From Takakia lepidozioides (Eukaryota > Plantae > Bryophyta), in the NCBI GenBank assembly GCA_030704615.1, contig CM060734.1:27094001-27158000 (forward strand): a stretch of DNA of 64,000 nt, written 5' to 3'. The translations under genes and the position numbers were made by a program. Of the stretch, positions 1 through 11,159 are shown in pieces (position 1 is the first letter of the stretch; each line of letters opens with the position of its first letter). The notes below the pieces were generated by a model. That model was not told the origin of the DNA and did not search any database. It saw nothing but the letters and a program-made list of their open reading frames with translations.

Positions 1-240
1 TGTTGGACATACCTTGTCACATGCTCCTCTCAAGTATGAAGTCAATCAAAATTGATTGAAAGGGTGAACCCATCGTTCGATGTTCAAATGATTTTGATTG
101 CTTTCAAACATTGCGAGTGTGTTGGACATACCTTGTCAGAGGTACGTGTCAAGTATCATGTCAATCGAAATTGATTCAAAGGGTGAACCCATCGTTCGAT
201 GTTCAAATGAATTTTTGATTGCTTTCAATCTTTGCGAGTG
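1..240 (+). repeat. Representative A+B dimer (A 1-119, B 120-240; canonical length 241 bp)
   Basis: A: GTCACATGCTCCTCTCAAGTATGAAGTCAATCAAAATTGATTGAAAG...CAAACATTGCG. B: GTCAGAGGTACGTGTCAAGTATCATGTCAATCGAAATTGATTCAAAG...CAATCTTTGCG. The ORF track repeats at 241-bp steps (1784/2025, 2507/2748). Confidence 0.95.
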
Positions 241-3011
241 TGTTGGACATACCTTGTCACATGCTCCTCTCAAGTATGAAGTCAATCAAAATTGATTGAA
301 AGGGTGAACCCATCGTTCGATGTTCAAATGATTTTTGATTGCTTTCAATCTTTGCGAGTGTGTTGGACATACCTTGTCACATGCTCCTCTCAAGTATGAA
401 GTCAATCAAAATTGATTGAAAGGGTGAACCCATCGTTCGATGTTCAAATGAATTTTTGATTGCTTTCAAACATTGCGAGTGTGTTGGACATACCTTGTCA
501 CATGCTCCTCTCAAGTATGAAGTCAATCAAAATTGATTGAAAGGGTGAACCCATCGTTCGATGTTCAAATGATCTTTGATTGCTTTCAAACATTGCGAGT
601 GTGTTGGACATACCTTGTCAGAGGTACGTGTCAAGTATCAGTCAATCGAAATTGATTCAAAGGGTGAACCCATCGTTCGATGTTCAAATGAATTTTTGAT
701 TGCTTTCAATCTTTGCGAGTGTGTTGGACATACCTTGTCACATGCTCCTCTCAAGTATGAAGTCAATCAAAATTGATTGAAAGGGTGAACCCATCGTTCG
801 ATGTTCAAATGATCTTTGATTGCTTTCAAACATTGCGAGTGTGTTGGACATACCTTGTCAGAGGTACGTGTCGAGTATGAGGTCAATCGAAATTGATTCA
901 AAGGGTGAACCCATCGTTCGATGTTCAAATGAATTTTTGATTGCTTTCAATCTTTGCGAGTGTGTTGGACATACCTTGTCACATGCTCCTCTCAAGTATG
1001 AAGTCAATCGAAATTGATTCAAAGGGTGAACCCATCGTTCGATGTTCAAATGAATTTTTGATTGCTTTCAATCTTTGCGAGTGTGTTGGACATACCTTGT
1101 CACATGCTCCTCTCAAGTATGAAGTCAATCAAAATTGATTGAAAGGGTGAACCCATCGTTCGATGTTCAAATGATTTTTGATTGCTTTCAAACATTGCGA
1201 GTGTGTTGGACATACCTTGTCACATGCTCCTCTCAAGTATGAAGTCAATCAAAATTGATTGAAAGGGTGAACCCATCGTTCGATGTTCAAATGATTTTTG
1301 ATTGCTTTCAAACATTGCGAGTGTGTTGGACATACCTTGTCACATGCTCCTCTCAAGTATGAAGTCAATCAAAATTGATTGAAAGGGTGAACCCATCGTT
1401 CGATGTTCAAATGATCTTTGATTGCTTTCAAACATTGCGAGTGTGTTGGACATACCTTGTCAGAGGTACGTGTCGAGTATCAGGTCAATCGAAATTGATT
1501 CAAAGGGTGAACCCATCGTTCGATGTTCAAATGAATTTTTGATTGCTTTCAATCTTTGCGAGTGTGTTGGACATACCTTGTCACATGCTCCTCTCAAGTA
1601 TGAGTCAATCGAAATTGATTGAAAGGGTGAACCCATCGTTCGATGTTCAAATGAATTTTTGATTGCTTTCAATCTTTGCGAGTGTGTTGGACATACCTTG
1701 TCACATGCTCCTCTCAAGTATGAAGTCAATCAAAATTGATTGAAAGGGTGAACCCATCGTTCGATGTTCAAATGAATTTTTGATTGCTTTCAAACATTGC
1801 GAGTGTGTTGGACATACCTTGTCAGAGGTACGTGTCGAGTATGAGGTCAATCGAAATTGATTCAAAGGGTGAACCCATCGTTCGATGTTCAAATGAATTT
1901 TTGATTGCTTTCAATCTTTGCGAGTGTGTTGGACATACCTTGTCACATGCTCCTCTCAAGTATGAAGTCAATCAAAATTGATTGAAAGGGTGAACCCATC
2001 GTTCGATGTTCAAATGATCTTTGATTGCTTTCAAACATTGCGAGTGTGTTGGACATACCTTGTCAGAGGTACGTGTCGAGTATGAGGTCAATCGAAATTG
2101 ATTCAAAGGGTGAACCCATCGTTCGATGTTCAAATGAATTTTTGATTGCTTTCAATCTTTGCGAGTGTGTTGGACATACCTTGTCACATGCTCCTCTCAA
2201 GTATGAAGTCAATCAAAATTGATTGAAAGGGTGAACCCATCGTTCGATGTTCAAATGATTTTTGATTGCTTTCAAACATTGCGAGTGTGTTGGACATACC
2301 TTGTCACATGCTCCTCTCAAGTATGAAGTCAATCAAAATTGATTGAAAGGGTGAACCCATCGTTCGATGTTCAAATGAATTTTTGATTGCTTTCAAACAT
2401 TGCGAGTGTGTTGGACATACCTTGTCACATGCTCCTCTCAAGTATGAAGTCAATCAAAATTGATTGAAAGGGTGAACCCATCGTTCGATGTTCAAATGAT
2501 TTTTGATTGCTTTCAAACATTGCGAGTGTGTTGGACATACCTTGTCAGAGGTACGTGTCAAGTATCATGTCAATCGAAATTGATTCAAAGGGTGAACCCA
2601 TCGTTCGATGTTCAAATGAATTTTTGATTGCTTTCAATCTTTGCGAGTGTGTTGGACATACCTTGTCACATGCTCCTCTCAAGTATGAAGTCAATCAAAA
2701 TTGATTGAAAGGGTGAACCCATCGTTCGATGTTCAAATGATCTTTGATTGCTTTCAAACATTGCGAGTGTGTTGGACATACCTTGTCAGAGGTACGTGTC
2801 GAGTATCAGGTCAATCGAAATTGATTCAAAGGGTGAACCCATCGTTCGATGTTCAAATGAATTTTTGATTGCTTTCAATCTTTGCGAGTGTGTTGGACAT
2901 ACCTTGTCACATGCTCCTCTCAAGTATGAGGTCAATCGAAATTGATTCAAAGGGTGAACCCATCGTTCGATGTTCAAATGAATTTTTGATTGCTTTCAAT
3001 CTTTGCGAGTG

Positions 3012-3120
3012 TGTTGGACATACCTTGTCACATGCTCCTCTCAATCAAAATTGATTGAAAGGGTGAACCCATCGTTCGATGTTCAAATGAATTTTTGATT
3101 GCTTTCAAACATTGCGAGTG
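3012..3120 (+). repeat. Truncated A monomer (109 bp, 12-bp internal deletion)
   Basis: CTCCTCTCAATCAAAATT instead of CTCCTCTCAAGTATGAAGTCAATCAAAATT; also at 6371-6479 and 9725-9832. Confidence 0.95.
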
Positions 3121-3360
3121 TGTTGGACATACCTTGTCAGAGGTACGTGTCAGTATGAAGTCAATCGAAATTGATTCAAAGGGTGAACCCATCGTTCGAT
3201 GTTCAAATGAATTTTGATTGCTTTCAAACATTGCGAGTGTGTTGGACATACCTTGTCAGAGGTACGTGTCAAGTATCAGGTCAATCGAAATTGATTCAAA
3301 GGGTGAACCCATCGTTCGATGTTCAAATGAATTTTTGATTGCTTTCAATCTTTGCGAGTG

Positions 3361-6300
3361 TGTTGGACATACCTTGTCACATGCTCCTCTCAAGTATGAA
3401 GTCAATCAAAATTGATTGAAAGGGTGAACCCATCGTTCGATGTTCAAATGATCTTTTGATTGCTTTCAAACATTGCGAGTGTGTTGGACATACCTTGTCA
3501 GAGGTACGTGTCCAATATCATGTCAATCGAAATGATTCAAAGGGTGAACCCATCGTTCGATGTTCAAATGAATTTTTGATTGCTTTCAATCTTTGCGAGT
3601 GTGTTGGACATACCTTGTCACATGCTCCTCTCAAGTATGAAGTCAATCAAAATTGATTGAAAGGGTGAACCCATCGTTCGATGTTCAAATGATTTTTGAT
3701 TGCTTTCAATCTTTGCGAGTGTGTTGGACATACCTTGTCACATGCTCCTCTCAAGTATGAAGTCAATCAAAATTGATTGAAAGGGTGAACCCATCGTTCG
3801 ATGTTCAAATGAATTTTTGATTGCTTTCAAACATTGCGAGTGTGTTGGACATACCTTGTCACATGCTCCTCTCAAGTATGAAGTCAATCAAAATTGATTG
3901 AAAGGGTGAACCCATCGTTCGATGTTCAAATGATCTTTGATTGCTTTCAAACATTGCGAGTGTGTTGGACATACCTTGTCAGAGGTACGTGTCAAGTATC
4001 ATGTCAATCGAAATTGATTCAAAGGGTGAACCCATCGTTCGATGTTCAAATGAATTTTTGATTGCTTTCAATCTTTGCGAGTGTGTTGGACATACCTTGT
4101 CACATGCTCCTCTCAAGTATGAAGTCAATCAAAATTGATTGAAAGGGTGAACCCATCGTTCGATGTTCAAATGATCTTTGATTGCTTTCAAACATTGCGA
4201 GTGTGTTGGACATACCTTGTCAGAGGTACGTGTCGAGTATCAGGTCAATCGAAATTGATTCAAAGGGTGAACCCATCGTTCGATGTTCAAATGAATTTTT
4301 GATTGCTTTCAATCTTTGCGAGTGTGTTGGACATACCTTGTCACATGCTCCTCTCAAGTATGAGTCAATCGAAATTGATTCAAAGGGTGAACCCATCGTT
4401 CGATGTTCAAATGAATTTTTGATTGCTTTCAATCTTTGCGAGTGTGTTGGACATACCTTGTCACATGCTCCTCTCAAGTATGAAGTCAATCAAAATTGAT
4501 TGAAAGGGTGAACCCATCGTTCGATGTTCAAATGATTTTTGATTGCTTTCAAACATTGCGAGTGTGTTGGACATACCTTGTCACATGCTCCTCTCAAGTA
4601 TGAAGTCAATCAAAATTGATTGAAAGGGTGAACCCATCGTTCGATGTTCAAATGATTTTTGATTGCTTTCAAACATTGCGAGTGTGTTGGACATACCTTG
4701 TCACATGCTCCTCTCAAGTATGAAGTCAATCAAAATTGATTGAAAGGGTGAACCCATCGTTCGATGTTCAAATGATCTTTGATTGCTTTCAAACATTGCG
4801 AGTGTGTTGGACATACCTTGTCAGAGGTACGTGTCGAGTATCAGGTCAATCGAAATTGATTCAAAGGGTGAACCCATCGTTCGATGTTCAAATGAATTTT
4901 TGATTGCTTTCAATCTTTGCGAGTGTGTTGGACATACCTTGTCACATGCTCCTCTCAAGTATGAGTCAATCGAAATTGATTCAAAGGGTGAACCCATCGT
5001 TCGATGTTCAAATGAATTTTTGATTGCTTTCAATCTTTGCGAGTGTGTTGGACATACCTTGTCACATGCTCCTCTCAAGTATGAAGTCAATCAAAATTGA
5101 TTGAAAGGGTGAACCCATCGTTCGATGTTCAAATGAATTTTTGATTGCTTTCAAACATTGCGAGTGTGTTGGACATACCTTGTCAGAGGTACGTGTCGAG
5201 TATGAGGTCAATCAAATTGATTCAAAGGGTGAACCCATCGTTCGATGTTCAAATGAATTTTTGATTGCTTTCAATCTTTGCGAGTGTGTTGGACATACCT
5301 TGTCACATGCTCCTCTCAAGTATGAAGTCAATCAAAATTGATTGAAAGGGTGAACCCATCGTTCGATGTTCAAATGATCTTTGATTGCTTTCAAACATTG
5401 CGAGTGTGTTGGACATACCTTGTCAGAGGTACGTGTCGAGTATGAGGTCAATCGAAATTGATTCAAAGGGTGAACCCATCGTTCGATGTTCAAATGAATT
5501 TTTGATTGCTTTCAATCTTTGCGAGTGTGTTGGACATACCTTGTCACATGCTCCTCTCAAGTATGAAGTCAATCAAAATTGATTGAAAGGGTGAACCCAT
5601 CGTTCGATGTTCAAATGATTTTTGATTGCTTTCAAACATTGCGAGTGTGTTGGACATACCTTGTCACATGCTCCTCTCAAGTATGAAGTCAATCAAAATT
5701 GATTGAAAGGGTGAACCCATCGTTCGATGTTCAAATGAATTTTTGATTGCTTTCAAACATTGCGAGTGTGTTGGACATACCTTGTCACATGCTCCTCTCA
5801 AGTATGAAGTCAATCAAAATTGATTGAAAGGGTGAACCCATCGTTCGATGTTCAAATGATTTTTGATTGCTTTCAAACATTGCGAGTGTGTTGGACATAC
5901 CTTGTCAGAGGTACGTGTCAAGTATCAGTCAATCGAAATTGATTCAAAGGGTGAACCCATCGTTCGATGTTCAAATGAATTTTTGATTGCTTTCAATCTT
6001 TGCGAGTGTGTTGGACATACCTTGTCACATGCTCCTCTCAAGTATGAAGTCAATCAAAATTGATTGAAAGGGTGAACCCATCGTTCGATGTTCAAATGAT
6101 CTTTGATTGCTTTCAAACATTGCGAGTGTGTTGGACATACCTTGTCAGAGGTACGTGTCGAGTATCAGGTCAATCGAAATTGATTCAAAGGGTGAACCCA
6201 TCGTTCGATGTTCAAATGAATTTTTGATTGCTTTCAATCTTTGCGAGTGTGTTGGACATACCTTGTCACATGCTCCTCTCAAGTATGAGGTCAATCGAAA

Positions 6301-6719
6301 TTGATTCAAAGGGTGAACCCATCGTTCGATGTTCAAATGAATTTTTGATTGCTTTCAATCTTTGCGAGTGTGTTGGACATACCTTGTCACATGCTCCTCT
6401 CAATCAAAATTGATTGAAAGGGTGAACCCATCGTTCGATGTTCAAATGAATTTTTGATTGCTTTCAAACATTGCGAGTGTGTTGGACATACCTTGTCAGA
6501 GGTACGTGTCAAGTATGAAGTCAATCGAAATTGATTCAAAGGGTGAACCCATCGTTCGATGTTCAAATGAATTTTGATTGCTTTCAAACATTGCGAGTGT
6601 GTTGGACATACCTTGTCAGAGGTACGTCTCAAGTATCAGTCAATCGAAATTGATTCAAAGGGTGAACCCATCGTTCGATGTTCAAATGAATTTTTGATTG
6701 CTTTCAATCTTTGCGAGTG
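3361..6719 (+). repeat. 28-monomer higher-order repeat, copy 2
   Basis: Same A/B order; 12-bp-deleted monomer at 6371-6479, 3359 bp after the one at 3012. Confidence 0.93.
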
Positions 6720-9700
6720 TGTTGGACATACCTTGTCACATGCTCCTCTCAAGTATGAAGTCAATCAAAATTGATTGAAAGGGTGAACCCATCGTTCGAT
6801 GTTCAAATGATTTTGATTGCTTTCAAACATTGCGAGTGTGTTGGACATACCTTGTCAGAGGTACCTGTCAAGTATCATGTCAATCGAAATTGATTCAAAG
6901 GGTGAACCCATCGTTCGATGTTCAAATGAATTTTTGATTGCTTTCAATCTTTGCGAGTGTGTTGGACATACCTTGTCACATGCTCCTCTCAAGTATGAAG
7001 TCAATCAAAATTGATTGAAAGGGTGAACCCATCGTTCGATGTTCAAATGATTTTTGATTGCTTTCAATCTTTGCGAGTGTGTTGGACATACCTTGTCACA
7101 TGCTCCTCTCAAGTATGAAGTCAATCAATTGATTGAAAGGGTGAACCCATCGTTCGATGTTCAAATGAATTTTTGATTGCTTTCAAACATTGCGAGTGTG
7201 TTGGACATACCTTGTCACATGCTCCTCTCAAGTATGAAGTCAATCAAAATTGATTGAAAGGGTGAACCCATCGTTCGATGTTCAAATGATCTTTGATTGC
7301 TTTCAAACATGGCGAGTGTGTTGGACATACCTTGTCAGAGGTACGTGTCAAGTATCAGGTCAATCGAAATTGATTCAAAGGGTGAACCCATCGTTCGATG
7401 TTCAAATGAATTTTTGATTGCTTTCAATCTTTGCGAGTGTGTTGGACATACCTTGTCACATGCTCCTCTCAAGTATGAAGTCAATCAAAATTGATTGAAA
7501 GGGTGAACCCATCGTTCGATGTTCAAATGATCTTTGATTGCTTTCAAACATTGCGAGTGTGTTGGACATACCTTGTCAGAGGTACGTGTCGAGTATGAGG
7601 TCAATCGAAATTGATTCAAAGGGTGAACCCATCGTTCGATGTTCAAATGAATTTTTGATTGCTTTCAATCTTTGCGAGTGTGTTGGACATACCTTGTCAC
7701 ATGCTCCTCTCAAGTATGAAGTCAATCGAAATTGATTGAAAGGGTGAACCCATCGTTCGATGTTCAAATGAATTTTTGATTGCTTTCAATCTTTGCGAGT
7801 GTGTTGGACATACCTTGTCACATGCTCCTCTCAAGTATGAAGTCAATCAAAATTGATTGAAAGGGTGAACCCATCGTTCGATGTTCAAATGATTTTTGAT
7901 TGCTTTCAAACATTGCGAGTGTGTTGGACATACCTTGTCACATGCTCCTCTCAAGTATGAAGTCAATCAAAATTGATTGAAAGGGTGAACCCATCGTTCG
8001 ATGTTCAAATGATTTTTGATTGCTTTCAAACATTGCGAGTGTGTTGGACATACCTTGTCACATGCTCCTCTCAAGTATGAAGTCAATCAAAATTGATTGA
8101 AAGGGTGAACCCATCGTTCGATGTTCAAATGATTTTTGATTGCTTTCAAACATTGCGAGTGTGTTGGACATACCTTGTCAGAGGTACGTGTCGAGTATCA
8201 GGTCAATCGAAATTGATTCAAAGGGTGAACCCATCGTTCGATGTTCAAATGATTTTGATTGCTTTCAATCTTTGCGAGTGTGTTGGACATACCTTGTCAC
8301 ATGCTCCTCTCAAGTATGAGTCAATCGAAATTGATTCAAAGGGTGAACCCATCGTTCGATGTTCAAATGAATTTTTGATTGCTTTCAATCTTTGCGAGTG
8401 TGTTGGACATACCTTGTCACATGCTCCTCTCAAGTATGAAGTCAATCAAAATTGATTGAAAGGGTGAACCCATCGTTCGATGTTCAAATGAATTTTTGAT
8501 TGCTTTCAAACATTGCGAGTGTGTTGGACATACCTTGTCAGAGGTACGTGTCGAGTATGAGGTCAATCAAAATTGATTCAAAGGGTGAACCCATCGTTCG
8601 ATGTTCAAATGAATTTTGATTGCTTTCAATCTTTGCGAGTGTGTTGGACATACCTTGTCACATGCTCCTCTCAAGTATGAAGTCAATCAAAATTGATTGA
8701 AAGGGTGAACCCATCGTTCGATGTTCAAATGATCTTTGATTGCTTTCAAACATTGCGAGTGTGTTGGACATACCTTGTCAGAGGTACGTGTCGAGTATGA
8801 GGTCAATCGAAATTGATTCAAAGGGTGAACCCATCGTTCGATGTTCAAATGAATTTTTGATTGCTTTCAATCTTTGCGAGTGTGTTGGACATACCTTGTC
8901 ACATGCTCCTCTCAAGTATGAAGTCAATCAAAATTGATTGAAAGGGTGAACCCATCGTTCGATGTTCAAATGATTTTTGATTGCTTTCAAACATTGCGAG
9001 TGTGTTGGACATACCTTGTCACATGCTCCTCTCAAGTATGAAGTCAATCAAAATTGATTGAAAGGGTGAACCCATCGTTCGATGTTCAAATGAATTTTTG
9101 ATTGCTTTCAAACATTGCGAGTGTGTTGGACATACCTTGTCACATGCTCCTCTCAAGTATGAAGTCAATCAAATTGATTGAAAGGGTGAACCCATCGTTC
9201 GATGTTCAAATGATTTTGATTGCTTTCAAACATTGCGAGTGTGTTGGACATACCTTGTCAGAGGTACGTGTCAAGTATCAGGTCAATCGAAATTGATTCA
9301 AAGGGTGAACCCATCGTTCGATGTTCAAATGAATTTTTGATTGCTTTCAATCTTGCGAGTGTGTTGGACATACCTTGTCACATGCTCCTCTCAAGTATGA
9401 AGTCAATCAAAATTGATTGAAAGGGTGAACCCATCGTTCGATGTTCAAATGATCTTTGATTGCTTTCAAACATTGCGAGTGTGTTGGACATACCTTGTCA
9501 GAGGTACGCTGTCGAGTATCAGGTCAATCGAAATTGATTCAAAGGGTGAACCCATCGTTCGATGTTCAAATGAATTTTTGATTGCTTTCAATCTTTGCGA
9601 GTGTGTTGGACATACCTTGTCACATGCTCCTCTCAAGTATGAAGTCAATCGAAATTGATTCAAAGGGTGAACCCATCGTTCGATGTTCAAATGAATTTTT

Positions 9701-10070
9701 GATTGCTTTCAATCTTTGCGAGTGTGTTGGACATACCTTGTCACATGCTCCTCTCAATCAAAATTGATTGAAAGGGTGAACCCATCGTTCGATGTTCAAA
9801 TGAATTTTGATTGCTTTCAAACATTGCGAGTGTGTTGGACATACCTTGTCAGAGGTACGTGTCGAGTATCAAGTCAATCGAAATGATTCAAAGGGTGAAC
9901 CCATCGTTCGATGTTCAAATGAATTTTGATTGCTTTCAAACATTGCGAGTGTGTTGGACATACCTTGTCAGAGGTACGTCTCAAGTATGAAGTCAATCGA
10001 ATTGATTCAAAGGGTGAACCCATCGTTCGATGTTCAAATGAATTTTGATTGCTTTCAATCTTTGCGAGTG
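6720..10070 (+). repeat. 28-monomer higher-order repeat, copy 3 (partial copy 4 at 10071-10659)
   Basis: Same order; deleted monomer at 9725-9832; slightly shorter because of scattered 1-bp deletions toward the contig end. Confidence 0.9.
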
Positions 10071-10659
10071 TGTTGGACATACCTTGTCACATGCTCCTCT
10101 CAAGTATGAAGTCAATCAAAATTGATTGAAAGGGTGAACCCATCGTTCGATGTTCAAATGATCTTTGATTGCTTTCAAACATTGCGAGTGTGTTGGACAT
10201 ACCTTGACAGAGGTACGTGTCAAGTATGAGGTCAATCGAAATTGATTCAAAGGGTGAACCCCATTGTTCGATGTTCAAATGAATTTTGATTGCTTTCAAT
10301 CTTTGCGAGTGTGTTGGACATACCTTGTCACATGCTCCTCTCAAGTATGAAGTCAATCAAAATGATTGAAAGGGTGAACCCATCGTTCGATGTTCAAATG
10401 ATTTTTGATTGCTTTCAATCATTGCGAGTGTGTTGGACATACCTTGTCACATGCTCCTCTCAAGTATGAAGTCAATCAAATTGATTGAAGGGTGAACCCA
10501 TCGTTCGATGTTCAAATGATTTTGATTGCTTTCAACATTGCGAGTGTGTTGGACATACCTTGTCACATGCTCCTCTCAAGTATGAAGTCAATCAAAATTG
10601 ATTGAAAGGGTGAACCCATCGTTCGATGTTCAAATGATCTTTGATTGCTTTCAAACATG

Positions 10660-11159
10660 NNNNNNNNNNNNNNNNNNNNNNNNNNNNNNNNNNNNNNNNN
10701 NNNNNNNNNNNNNNNNNNNNNNNNNNNNNNNNNNNNNNNNNNNNNNNNNNNNNNNNNNNNNNNNNNNNNNNNNNNNNNNNNNNNNNNNNNNNNNNNNNNN
10801 NNNNNNNNNNNNNNNNNNNNNNNNNNNNNNNNNNNNNNNNNNNNNNNNNNNNNNNNNNNNNNNNNNNNNNNNNNNNNNNNNNNNNNNNNNNNNNNNNNNN
10901 NNNNNNNNNNNNNNNNNNNNNNNNNNNNNNNNNNNNNNNNNNNNNNNNNNNNNNNNNNNNNNNNNNNNNNNNNNNNNNNNNNNNNNNNNNNNNNNNNNNN
11001 NNNNNNNNNNNNNNNNNNNNNNNNNNNNNNNNNNNNNNNNNNNNNNNNNNNNNNNNNNNNNNNNNNNNNNNNNNNNNNNNNNNNNNNNNNNNNNNNNNNN
11101 NNNNNNNNNNNNNNNNNNNNNNNNNNNNNNNNNNNNNNNNNNNNNNNNNNNNNNNNNNN
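10660..11159. other. Assembly gap, exactly 500 N
   Basis: Run of 500 N; the round size indicates a scaffolding placeholder rather than a measured distance. Confidence 0.98.

Larger units (their letters stand above)
1..3360 (+). repeat. 28-monomer higher-order repeat, copy 1 (phase arbitrary)
   Basis: Monomer order A B A A A B A B A' A A A B A' A B A B A A A B A B A' Adel B B; the same order restarts at 3361. Confidence 0.93.
1..10659 (+). repeat. Tandem satellite DNA array, ~120-121 bp monomer (types A/B), forward orientation, ~88 monomers
   Basis: TGTTGGACATACCTTGTCA recurs at 1, 120, 241, 361, 482, 602 and so on without interruption up to the N run; the core AGGGTGAACCCATCGTTCGATGTTCAAATGA is essentially invariant. 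Confidence 0.99.

Noticed and set aside
70-92. CENP-B box around GTTCGATG
   Set aside because: Only TTCG matches; the downstream A and CGGG of NTTCGNNNNANNCGGGN are absent, and the reverse strand matches no better.
1-120. 5S rRNA gene array, suggested by the ~120-bp unit and short words such as CATACC and GGGTGA
   Set aside because: There is no collinear similarity to 5S rRNA or its A/IE/C boxes, no non-transcribed spacer, and GC content is too low.
1-10659. CRISPR-like layout of constant ~30-bp palindromic blocks alternating with variable segments
   Set aside because: The intervening segments are not unique spacers (only two alignable alleles plus hybrids), the period is 120 bp, and there is no leader or cas gene.
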